Notes: a model not told the origin generated them from the sequence alone. DNA of 37,664 bases from Gemmatimonadota bacterium (GCA_039590285.1 JBDHFS010000009.1:1-37664), one strand, 5' to 3'. Positions 16,927-26,094 are shown, counted from the stretch's first letter. Program-made: numbers and translations.

Positions 16927-19259
16927 GCGGGCCACATGACGGACTCGTGAGGACCTCGCGCTTCCGGTTCGCGGTCGTGCTCCTGGCGTCGACCGCGATG
17001 GGGCTCGGGAGCCCGAATGCAGCGCATGCCCAGCAGCCTCCGACGAACGTCACGGCGACCGCCGCCAGTTCCTCGCGAATCGACCTCGCGTGGACGGCAT
17101 CCTCGAGCACCTTCGTGTCGGGATACCGCATCTACTACACGAACGGCACGCTGCTCGGAGAGGTTGGACCGTCCACGCTCTCTTTCTCGGACACCGGCCT
17201 GACAGCCATGACGCAGTACGACTACTACGTCACGATGTTCAACTTCGCCGGCGAGAGCGGCCCGAGCAACACGGCCTCCGCCGTCACGCTCGACCCCACC
17301 CCGCCTTCCACGCCGGCCAACCTCCAGGGCACAGCGGTCAGCACGACGGAAATCGATCTCTCGTGGAATGCAGCTTCGGATCCGGAGACCGGAATCCAGG
17401 ATTACGTCGTGTACAGGGATGGGCTGGAGGTAGCCCGCACGGGGACGAACCTGAGCTACCGGGATTCGGGCCTCACTCCTGATACCCAGTACCAGTACAG
17501 GGTCTCGGCCGTGAACGGTGACGCAATCGAGGGCGCTACCAGCAGTCCTGTGAACGTGAGGACCCTCCCGCCGGAGCCACCCCCGCCGCCCACGAGCCTG
17601 ACGGCCACGACGGTGAGCGATTCGGAGATCGACCTGTCGTGGACAGCCCCCAGCACAGGTGACGTGATCGGCTACCGTGTGTACAGAAACGGCAACCCGG
17701 TGGACAACACCGCGGGGACATCCTACCGGGACTCGGGCCTGCAAGGATTCACGACTTACACCTACACGGTGACGGCGCTCGACGGCGAGGGCCTGGAAAG
17801 CGAGCCAAGCCAACCGGCGCAGGCGACCACCCTGGACGGTACGCCTCCGACTCAACCCCAGAGCCTCTCTGCCACGGCCTCGGGCGCGACCACCATACAG
17901 CTGTCGTGGTCCCCGTCATCCGACCCCGAGACCGGTGTGGCCGTGTACGTCATCTACCGTGGGGGCGTTGAGATCACCCAGACCACCGGAACCTCGTACC
18001 TGGATACAGGCCTCAGTCCGGCCACGACTTATGGGTACCGTGTCTCGGCGGTCAACGGACAGGGACTGGAAGGCCAACGGAGCGCCCAGGCCTCCGCGAC
18101 GACGTTCGACGCAACGGGCCCCACGACGCCGGAGAACCTGACGGCCACGGCCGTGGGCACGGATCGCATCGATCTCGACTGGTCGCCGTCGAGCGACCCG
18201 GAGACGGGCATCGCCGGGTATCGGATCTACCGTAATGGAGTGCTGGTGGCCACCAGCAGCCAGAGTTCGTACAGCGACAGCGGACTCGCTCCGGCGACCG
18301 AGTACGTGTACCAGGTTTCGGCGGTAAATGGTCAGGGTCTCGAGAGCGATCGCAGCGATTCGGTGTCCGTCACAACGGGTGACGCCACGGCTCCCACAAC
18401 ACCACAGGACCTGGGCGCCGTGGCAGTCGGGACGGAGAGAATCGATCTCTCCTGGACGGCTTCACAGGATCCGGAGACGGGCGTCGCGGTGTATCGAGTC
18501 TTCCGGGACGGATCGGAGATCGGCACCACTACCCAGACCGTGTACCAGGACGACGGCCTCGCACCGGCGACGACGTACGAGTACAACGTGGTGGCGGTGA
18601 ACGGCGACGGGCTGGAAAGCGAAGCGAGCAACACGGCATCGGCGACGACCTTGGATGGAACAGGTCCATCGACTCCGACCGATCTCTCCGCGACGGCGGC
18701 CGGAACGGACCGCATCGACCTGACCTGGGCGGCTGCGGAGGACCCCGAAACCGGCATCGCTCTTTACAGGATCTTCCGGGACGGAGCCCTGATCGGGACG
18801 ACAGATCAGACCAACTACCAGGACACAGGCCTCAGCCCGGCGACGACGTACGAGTATCGTGTGTCGGCGGTGAACGGCGAGGGCCTGGAGAGCGGTCTCA
18901 GCGAGCCGGCCTCGGCCACCACGCTGGACGGTACGGGACCCACCGCCCCGACGGATCTGACGGCGGAGCCCGTCAGCCAGACGCAGATCAACCTCGCCTG
19001 GACAGCCTCCGAGGACCCAGAGAGCGGCGTGGTCAGCTATAATGTGTACCGCGACAACGCCTTGGTCGGAAGCGTGCCGGGAACGTCGTTCGCCGACACG
19101 GGGCTCGATGTGGGGACGTCCTACAACTACTCGGTCTCGGCCGTCAACGGTGAAGGGATCGAGGGAGACAGGAGCGACGGCGTGACGGCTTCCACATTCC
19201 CATCGGAAGATCAGATACCGCCGGCACCGCCCACGGGTCTCAGGGTGGTGCAGCCATGA
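16923..19259 (+). CDS. Secreted protein with eight tandem FN3 domains and a conserved C-terminal PPAPPTGLRVV tail
   Basis: Signal peptide ending AAHA-QQ; eight FN3 repeats, six with a DPE[T/S]G loop; GTGA overlap with the upstream lipoprotein gene. Confidence 0.9.
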   Translation: MSGPHDGLVRTSRFRFAVVLLASTAMGLGSPNAAHAQQPPTNVTATAASSSRIDLAWTASSSTFVSGYRIYYTNGTLLGEVGPSTLSFSDTGLTAMTQYDYYVTMFNFAGESGPSNTASAVTLDPTPPSTPANLQGTAVSTTEIDLSWNAASDPETGIQDYVVYRDGLEVARTGTNLSYRDSGLTPDTQYQYRVSAVNGDAIEGATSSPVNVRTLPPEPPPPPTSLTATTVSDSEIDLSWTAPSTGDVIGYRVYRNGNPVDNTAGTSYRDSGLQGFTTYTYTVTALDGEGLESEPSQPAQATTLDGTPPTQPQSLSATASGATTIQLSWSPSSDPETGVAVYVIYRGGVEITQTTGTSYLDTGLSPATTYGYRVSAVNGQGLEGQRSAQASATTFDATGPTTPENLTATAVGTDRIDLDWSPSSDPETGIAGYRIYRNGVLVATSSQSSYSDSGLAPATEYVYQVSAVNGQGLESDRSDSVSVTTGDATAPTTPQDLGAVAVGTERIDLSWTASQDPETGVAVYRVFRDGSEIGTTTQTVYQDDGLAPATTYEYNVVAVNGDGLESEASNTASATTLDGTGPSTPTDLSATAAGTDRIDLTWAAAEDPETGIALYRIFRDGALIGTTDQTNYQDTGLSPATTYEYRVSAVNGEGLESGLSEPASATTLDGTGPTAPTDLTAEPVSQTQINLAWTASEDPESGVVSYNVYRDNALVGSVPGTSFADTGLDVGTSYNYSVSAVNGEGIEGDRSDGVTASTFPSEDQIPPAPPTGLRVVQP

Positions 19260-21367
19260 GCCGGAGACAGCGCGGGCCCTGGTCGGCAGGAATAGGCCAC
19301 GCGGAGCAACTGCTGTTTTGCGCTTCGCTGGCGGCCGGGCTGGTATTCGCGGTCCCCGACCCGGCCTCGGCCCAGGACACGGGTCTCAGCAAGAGCGAGC
19401 TCGTCCGTCTCGTGGTGTCGAGCACGACCCCGGATGAGAAGGTGCAGACGGTCAGCCGGCGCTGTCTCAGCTTCGTTCCGACGGAGGGCGATTGGAGTGA
19501 TCTGGCCAACCTCGGCGCCAGCCCCGAGCTGGTGGCCGCCGCGCAGGAGTGCGCCCGCGCCGCTCAGGCCGTGCGGATCCGCCTCACCGCCACGGATATC
19601 ACGGTTCGCGCCGGAGACTCCACGGGTGTAACGGTCACACTCTCCCAAGCCGGCGATCCTCTTCAGGGTCAGACCGTCACGCTGTCGGGGTCTGGTGGCG
19701 CGGGCGCCGGTGTGCGCCTTTCGCGCACGACAGACGGAAGGGGGCGTGCAAACTTCCGCCTTCCGGCCGGCACGGTGCTGGGCGCGGCCCGCTATACGGT
19801 TGCCGCTTCCAACACATCGCTGGATGGACCGACCCGGATCACAGTCAGGACGGCGGCCGCCGCTCCGGCGCGAGCGGTTCCCGAGCCAGCGTCGCTCGAG
19901 CTGGACGCCGGCGGTGACCCGCCGGAAGTGAGCGTCTCCGTCGAGGACCGCTTCGGCAATCCGGTTTCCGGCGCGGACCTGGATCTCGCCGCGGGATCCG
20001 GGACCGCGCCCGTGATCGCCTCCGCTACGACAGACGCGACAGGTGCAGCAAGTCTGACCCTGGCAGACGGCGCAATGCCCGAGGAAGACGCGACCTGGGA
20101 GCTCCGGAGCGGCGACGCCGTCATCGCCACGTTGCCGGTGCGGATTCGAGACGCCGCCCCGGCGCCCGCTGCCGAAGTGGGCGTGGCCGGAGCCGCCGCG
20201 GCGGCGGGCGGAGATCGCCCCCCAGGCGAGTCCGCCGTCGACGCAGCGATCAGAGACGGCCGGGACAGCCTCGAGGACGAAGACTACGTCGCGGCGGAGA
20301 CCCTGTTCCGGGATGCCCTTCGCCAATCGCCACGGCGAAGCGACGCACAGAAAGGGCTCGCGGCGTCACTGCTGGCGCAGAATCGGATAGAAGAAGCCAT
20401 CACGTGGTATGAAGTGGCCACCCGGCAGGCTCCCGAGGATGCGGACGCCTGGTCGGGTCTCGGGCAGGCGTACGCTGCCGCGGGCCGGAGGGACGATGCC
20501 GCCGCGGCGCTCGCCCGCGCGCAGCAGATCGATCCGACGCGCGAGGAGCTGACCACCGAGATCGCCGATCTTGGCCGACCGCCTGGATCCGCCACAGGCG
20601 CCGCCTGGGGAGGCGGAACCTACGACAACGCCGAGTCGGGTGGAATCCGCCGGGCCGAGATCGATGTGCGTTTCTCCCCGGCACTGGCCGCGCGGGTCGG
20701 CTGGGATCGCTCGCTGGCTCCGCACAGCCCCGAGCTTGTCAGAGGACCGGACGAATGGGACTCCTGGTTCGCCGGAGCGTCCTTCTCGTACGGGACCGGC
20801 GGGCGGCTGGAGACGGCTCTCGACTTTGGCCAGCGAAGCCAGGGATTCGGAGAGCTCGCCGAGGGATCGGAGCTCAAGCAGAACGTCTATCGACTCACTC
20901 AGACGATCCGGTTCTCGGACGACCCGAGCGGCTCGATGATCAAGATCGGCGGATACCTGGGGCGTTGGTTCGACCGGGACGACTGGGTCGTGTTCAGCCG
21001 ATTCAAGGCCCCCATCGGGGGAGATCTCAGCTTCCTGGCTTCCGGCAGCTACGGCGAGACGATCGGAACGAACTGGGTGGAGACCGGCAGGCACGCCGAC
21101 AAGGACGGCCGGGTATACGCCGGCGTAGCCTGGGAGAACGAAAAAGGCCTCGCTTTGCAGCCGGTCATAGGCGTGGGGCGGATCGATAGTGAGCGATCGG
21201 ACGAGCTCACGGGGACCCTGCTCGATCTTCTGCTCGAGGGAGCGGTTCCCGTCACGCGGGGAGCTGACATCCGGCTCTTCTTCAGGCACCAGAGACCGCC
21301 CGGAAGCGAGGCGTTCACGGTCATCGCCCTCGGGTTCGGCCTGAAAGTGGGCTGGGCTGGAGGCTGA
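19256..21367 (+). CDS. Exported multidomain protein: small helical N-domain, two Ig-like domains, TPR repeats and a probable C-terminal outer-membrane beta-barrel
   Basis: Signal ending ASA-QD; Big_1-like motifs (TTDGRGRANF, VEDRFGNPVSG, TTDATGAASL); TPRs (AETLFRDAL..SP...DAQKGLA; AP.DADAWSGLGQAY); last roughly 260 aa has alternating amphipathic strands ending FGLKVGW. ATGA overlap with the FN3 gene. Confidence 0.72.
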   Translation: MSRRQRGPWSAGIGHAEQLLFCASLAAGLVFAVPDPASAQDTGLSKSELVRLVVSSTTPDEKVQTVSRRCLSFVPTEGDWSDLANLGASPELVAAAQECARAAQAVRIRLTATDITVRAGDSTGVTVTLSQAGDPLQGQTVTLSGSGGAGAGVRLSRTTDGRGRANFRLPAGTVLGAARYTVAASNTSLDGPTRITVRTAAAAPARAVPEPASLELDAGGDPPEVSVSVEDRFGNPVSGADLDLAAGSGTAPVIASATTDATGAASLTLADGAMPEEDATWELRSGDAVIATLPVRIRDAAPAPAAEVGVAGAAAAAGGDRPPGESAVDAAIRDGRDSLEDEDYVAAETLFRDALRQSPRRSDAQKGLAASLLAQNRIEEAITWYEVATRQAPEDADAWSGLGQAYAAAGRRDDAAAALARAQQIDPTREELTTEIADLGRPPGSATGAAWGGGTYDNAESGGIRRAEIDVRFSPALAARVGWDRSLAPHSPELVRGPDEWDSWFAGASFSYGTGGRLETALDFGQRSQGFGELAEGSELKQNVYRLTQTIRFSDDPSGSMIKIGGYLGRWFDRDDWVVFSRFKAPIGGDLSFLASGSYGETIGTNWVETGRHADKDGRVYAGVAWENEKGLALQPVIGVGRIDSERSDELTGTLLDLLLEGAVPVTRGADIRLFFRHQRPPGSEAFTVIALGFGLKVGWAGG

Positions 21368-21572
21368 ACCGCGGCGGCCGCCAGGCCTCCCGTGCAGTCG
21401 AAAGCGCAGTCTCACAGGTGGAACCTCTGCCCGGAACCCGGTTCGCTAAACCCCCGGGGCAAGCCGGGTGTTCTTCGGCTACATTGCCTCGGCTCGATGC
21501 GAGCCGTTCTGCCCACCGCCTGCCGCGGTGAGCGGTGTTCATCACAGCCATCCCACAACTCGGCGAGGAAAC

Positions 21573-24001
21573 ATGAGAAGTCTTCCTTCGTTGTTGGTCA
21601 TTATCCTGGCCGGCCTCCTGGCCGCCGGCTGCGCGTCGGCCCGCTCACAGGAGGCGCCTGGCTCGGGCCCGAAGCCCTCGGATGACGAGCCCAGGAGCTA
21701 TTCCGAGCTGATCACCGAAGAGGCGGTGTCGGACTCCGGCCTGTTCCTGGTCCACAACATCAAGGACACGCTGTACTACGAGATTCCTCTCCATCTGCTC
21801 GACCGGGAGATGTTGCTGGTATCCAGGCGGGCGCGGACGGCGCAGGACCTGGGGTACGGCGGGATGAAGAACAACACGCAGTCCGTGCGGTGGCAGAAGA
21901 AGCAGGACAAGGTGCTGCTCCGAATCGTGTCGTACGAGAACGTCGCGGCCGATTCGCTTCCCATCTACGAGGCCGTGAAGAACTCGAACTTCGAACCGAT
22001 CGTCGCCGCCTTCGACATCGAGGCGTGGAACCCCGACAGCTCCGCCGTGCTGATCGAGACGACGAAGCTGTTCACCGAGGACGTGCCGATCCTGGGCCTT
22101 CCGAGCTACATGCGCGAAAGCTATGAAGTTTCCAGCCTGGACAAGGACCGATCGTACATCGAGTGGACGAAGAGCTTCCCGGAGAATATCGAGGTGCGCC
22201 ACGTCCTCACGTACAACGCCAAGGAACCGCCCTCCAATTCGTCCACCGGAAGCATCTCCGTGGAGATGAACCAGTCGATGGTGCTGCTTCCGGAAGTACC
22301 GATGCAACCGCGCCTGTTCGACGAACGCGTCGGCTTCTTCAGTGTGGACCAGGTAGACTACGGACTTTCGGACCACAAGACGGTCGAGCGCACCTACATC
22401 ACGCGCTACCGCCTGGAGCCGGCCGATACGGCGGCGTTCCTGAGGGGTGAGCTCGTGGATCCCGTCGAGCCGATCGTCTACTGGATCGATCCGGCGACAC
22501 CGGAGAAGTGGCGGCCCTACCTCAAAGCGGGAGTGGAAGACTGGCAGCAGGCGTTCGAGCACGCCGGTTTCCGGAACGCGATCATCGCCATGGACCCGCC
22601 GACACCGGAGGAGGACCCGGAATTCAGTCCCGAGGACATACGCTACTCGGTCATCCGGTGGTTCCCGTCCGAGGTACAGAACGCCTTCGGACCGCATGTA
22701 CACGATCCGCGCTCGGGCGAGATCCTGGAGAGTGACATCGGCTGGTTTCACAACGTCGCGAACCTGCTGCGAAACTGGTACCTGATCCAGACGGCCGCCG
22801 CCAATCCGGAGGCGCGCGCCGTCAAGTTCGACGACGACGTGATGGGCAAGCTGATCCGGTTCGTATCGGCTCACGAGGTGGGACACACGCTGGGTCTCCC
22901 GCACAACATGAAGGCGAGCTCGGCCTATCCCGTCGACTCGCTGCGGGCTCCCGGGTTCGTGTGCCGGATGGGTGTCGCCCCCTCGATCATGGATTACGCG
23001 CGCTTCAACTACGTGGCGCAGCCCGAAGACGACGGGGCGTGCTTCGATCCGCGGGTGGGACCCTACGATGACTATTCGATCATGTGGGGTTACCGACCCA
23101 TCCTCGGAGCCGACTCGCCCGACGCCGAGAAGGAGACCCTGAACGCCTGGATTCTCGAGCGGGAGGACAATCCCACCTACTGGTTCGGCGATCCGAGCGC
23201 CGTCGATCGGAAGCCGGGGAGCTCGGAATCGCGAATCTGCAGCGAATCCTGCCGAGCCTCATGGACTGGACGTACGAAGAGGGTGAGGACTGGTCGGAGC
23301 TGGAGGAGCTGTACAGCCAGGTCACGGCCCAGTGGAATCGCTACATGGGTCACGTGGTCGCCAATATCGGTGGCGTCGTGCGCACGCGCAGGCGGCAGGG
23401 ACAGGAAGGCGTCGTTTACGAGCCGGTGCCCGTCGAGAATCAGAGACGGGCCATGCAGTTCGTTTCCGGCGAGGCGTTCACGCCGCCTACCTGGATGATC
23501 AACGAGGAGATCCTCGGCCGCATCGAGAACGTCGGCACGGTCGAACGAATGCGGCGTCTGCAGGTTGGAGTGTTGAACAACGTACTCCAGGCGGGCCGTA
23601 TGCAACGACTCATCGAGGCCGAGGCACGGTTCGGAGACGCCACCTACGGTCTGACCGAGATGACGGCCGATGTCCGGCGCGCCGTCTGGAGCGAGCTGGG
23701 CACCGGAGAGTCGATCGACACGTACCGACGGAATCTCCAGCGCGGCTATCTGGAGCGAATGGATGAGCTGATGAACGGTGACGGCCCCGCCCCTCCAACG
23801 TTCAACTTCCCGGGTCTCGACGAGTATTTCACCAACGTCAACCTGTCGCAGTCCGATATCCGGGCCGTGGTACGCGGCGAGCTGGAGACTCTGAGCCGAG
23901 AGATCCGGAATCGGCTGGCTTCGGGTCCCGACCGCATGACTCGACTGCACCTTCAGGATGCGCTGGCCCGCATCGATGACATCCTGAACCCCGAGGAGTA
24001 A
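21573..24001 (+). pseudogene. Zinc-dependent metzincin metalloprotease lipoprotein (DUF5117/DUF5118/DUF4953-type), split by a frameshift near 23208
   Basis: Lipobox LAAGC after GAGG SD; HEVGHTLGLPH zinc motif and SIMDY Met-turn in the first frame. Plausible protein sequence switches frame after FGDPSAVD and continues EAGELGIANLQRI...RRNLQRGYL to TAA at 24001. May be an assembly error rather than a true pseudogene. Confidence 0.8.
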
Positions 24002-24038
24002 GAAGAAGACGGAGGCCGCCTTCACGGCGGCCTCCGTC
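24000..24038 (-). terminator. Intrinsic terminator hairpin between convergent genes
   Basis: Perfect 13-bp stem GACGGAGGCCGCC-TTCAC-GGCGGCCTCCGTC (24008-24038), followed by TTCTTCTT on the minus strand. No U-tract on the plus strand. Confidence 0.8.
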
Positions 24039-24093
24039 CAGCCTGCTCTTGGTCCGGACGGCCCCGGCCGTTCCGGGGCGCCACCTCATTCGG

Positions 24094-24939
24094 TCATGGC
24101 TGCAGGGTCATGATGGACTCGGCTCCCACCGTCATGGGCATGCTGAAGCCCATGGTCGTGACGTCTCCACCACCCGAGGCCGAGGCTCGGACCTCCAGCA
24201 GGACGCCGCGAGCCGGGTCCCAGATGTAGACGGTCCGGGCTGCAAGCTCCGTGGCCAGCTCGATCTCTGCGGGAGCGCCTTCGGGCTGGCCTCTCCCCTC
24301 GACGTTTGCGACGCCTTCGGAGACGATCACAGCGGCCGTGATTCCATTCCACAAGGTGTCGCCCGCCATACTGGCCGTGCCCTCGTACACGGAATTCCCC
24401 TCCATTCCGCCACCGGGCGGAAGGGTAACGCGATGCGGCCAACTGCCCACGGCGGGATCGCCGCCCGGTGGCAGAGGGAATACCAGGCCAGAGAGCACTC
24501 GCTCGAGGTCTCGTGTGGTCATTCGACCCTTCGCGAATTCAGGTACACTCGTGAACGTCACGTCGCCGTCCGCACCGATCACTCCCTGGAACGGCTTTCC
24601 GGCTACGTCTCCGGTGATGTCGTCGGACATGCCACCGAAATCCCCGGCGGTCTCGAAACTGTAGGCTTCGATGGTTGCCGTGAACGTCCTGCCGACCTGG
24701 ACAGCCTGGCCAACCTGTAGCGTCAGTACGGCATCGGCGCTGTACGTTGACCCCTGGCTACCGGACGGAGTCTCCACGTCGTTGCTGCCCTCGCTCGAGA
24801 GCCGGTACGTGAGCGGAGCATCCGTGGGTCGCAGTTCGTAGATCGGTCCACCGCCCGAGCTGGCGCAGGCGCCGAAGATCAAGGCCGAGGCAATTATCGG
24901 AACCGTACCGAGTGGACGGGTATGGAAGATGGATCGCAT
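24094..24939 (-). CDS. Hypothetical beta-rich lipoprotein
   Basis: MRSIFHTR...ALIFGAC lipobox; GC-rich codon pattern; no family recognised. Alternative start at 24945. Confidence 0.7.
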   Translation of the reverse strand: MRSIFHTRPLGTVPIIASALIFGACASSGGGPIYELRPTDAPLTYRLSSEGSNDVETPSGSQGSTYSADAVLTLQVGQAVQVGRTFTATIEAYSFETAGDFGGMSDDITGDVAGKPFQGVIGADGDVTFTSVPEFAKGRMTTRDLERVLSGLVFPLPPGGDPAVGSWPHRVTLPPGGGMEGNSVYEGTASMAGDTLWNGITAAVIVSEGVANVEGRGQPEGAPAEIELATELAARTVYIWDPARGVLLEVRASASGGGDVTTMGFSMPMTVGAESIMTLQP

Positions 24940-25119
24940 GTTCATCTCTCTCTGCTGACGGATGGCGAGCGGGTTGGCCGGGCGGACCCGGGGGGTCAGG
25001 CCCAAGGCTAGCGCATCCACCTGTGGATGCAATGTCCGCGGGCTCTCCGGCCAGACCGGTAGGGCGGCGATCCGGGCGGTCTGGTTCTGTCACGGATGCT
25101 TCGAAGCGGGGGACAACAA

Positions 25120-25944
25120 ATGGACGTCGACGCCTCTGACCTGCGAGAAGGACGTGTGCGGCCTCCCGCCGTCGCCGGCATGTTCTATCCCTCCGGCGCT
25201 CCCGCCCTTCGCGGCGCGATCGCGGACTGCGCCGAGCGGGCGGCTCCGATCTCGCCCCAGGCCCGACCCAAGGCGTTGATCGCTCCGCACGCGGGCTACG
25301 TGTACTCCGGACCCGTGGCTGCCACCGCGTATTCCAGCCTTGCCCCGTGGCGTCACCAGATCACCCGCGTCGTGCTGCTGGGGCCCAGCCATCACGTCCC
25401 GTTCCGGGGGCTTGCGACGAGCTCGGCCGAGTACTTTCTGACGCCTCTCGGTCCGGTTACGGTGGATCTCGGAGCCGTGCTGGCTCTCCAGGAGCTCGGG
25501 TTCGTGCGGTCGCGTGACGACGCGCACGCGGCCGAGCACAGCCTCGAAGTGCACCTGCCCTTCCTCCAGGAAGCGCTCGACGACTTCCGCATCGTTCCCA
25601 TCGTGGTGGGTGAGGCCAGCCCCGCAGAGGTCGCGGACGCCCTAGGTCAGGTGTGGGGTGGCGAAGAGACGTTGATCGTGGTCAGCACGGACTTGAGCCA
25701 CTTCTACCCCTACGACATGGCCCGGAATCTGGATGCCGAGACGGGAGAGGCCATTTGCCGGCTCGATCCCGGCGCGATCGATGGGGAGCGGGCGTGCGGC
25801 TTCCGTGCTCTGAACGGACTCCTGACGGCAGCCGTGCAGCGGGGCCTCGAGGTGACCGCGCTGGACGAGCGCAATTCCGGAGACACGGCTGGAGACAGGC
25901 GCCGCGTCGTGGGATACGGAGCCTACGCGCTTACCGGCGGTTGA
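25120..25944 (+). CDS. amrB: AmmeMemoRadiSam system protein B (MEMO1 family)
   Basis: RPPAVAGMFYP, PHAGYVYSG, LLGPSHH, EHSLEVHLPFLQ, STDLSHF, ACG, NSGDTAG, VVGYGA. Confidence 0.92.
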   Translation: MDVDASDLREGRVRPPAVAGMFYPSGAPALRGAIADCAERAAPISPQARPKALIAPHAGYVYSGPVAATAYSSLAPWRHQITRVVLLGPSHHVPFRGLATSSAEYFLTPLGPVTVDLGAVLALQELGFVRSRDDAHAAEHSLEVHLPFLQEALDDFRIVPIVVGEASPAEVADALGQVWGGEETLIVVSTDLSHFYPYDMARNLDAETGEAICRLDPGAIDGERACGFRALNGLLTAAVQRGLEVTALDERNSGDTAGDRRRVVGYGAYALTGG

Positions 25945-26094
25945 GGTTACTCGGACGGTCGACCCAGAAGCGTGGATCGGTCCAGCCCGTCCGGAAGGCC
26001 CTGGGGGAACCGTGCGGCGTACCTCCGTTCGGGCTACGACCATACCCTGCCGGCCTGTAGTCAAATCACTGTCAAGCGGATCAGCGGCCGGGAA

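Noticed and set aside
14555-19259. Recurring DNA motifs (e.g. GCGGTCAACGG, GACCCCGAGAC) at roughly 270-nt spacing as a possible CRISPR or DGR repeat
   Set aside because: They are degenerate codon-level echoes of FN3 protein repeats within open frames; no cas or reverse transcriptase gene is present.
21431-21478. Hairpin-capable leader (ACCCGGTT...AGCCGGGT) upstream of the metalloprotease
   Set aside because: No match to a riboswitch I recognise; short GC stems are expected by chance here.
25988-26002. CCGGAAGG resembling the SRP RNA domain IV loop
   Set aside because: The flanking CAGG and AGCAG internal-loop nucleotides are absent.
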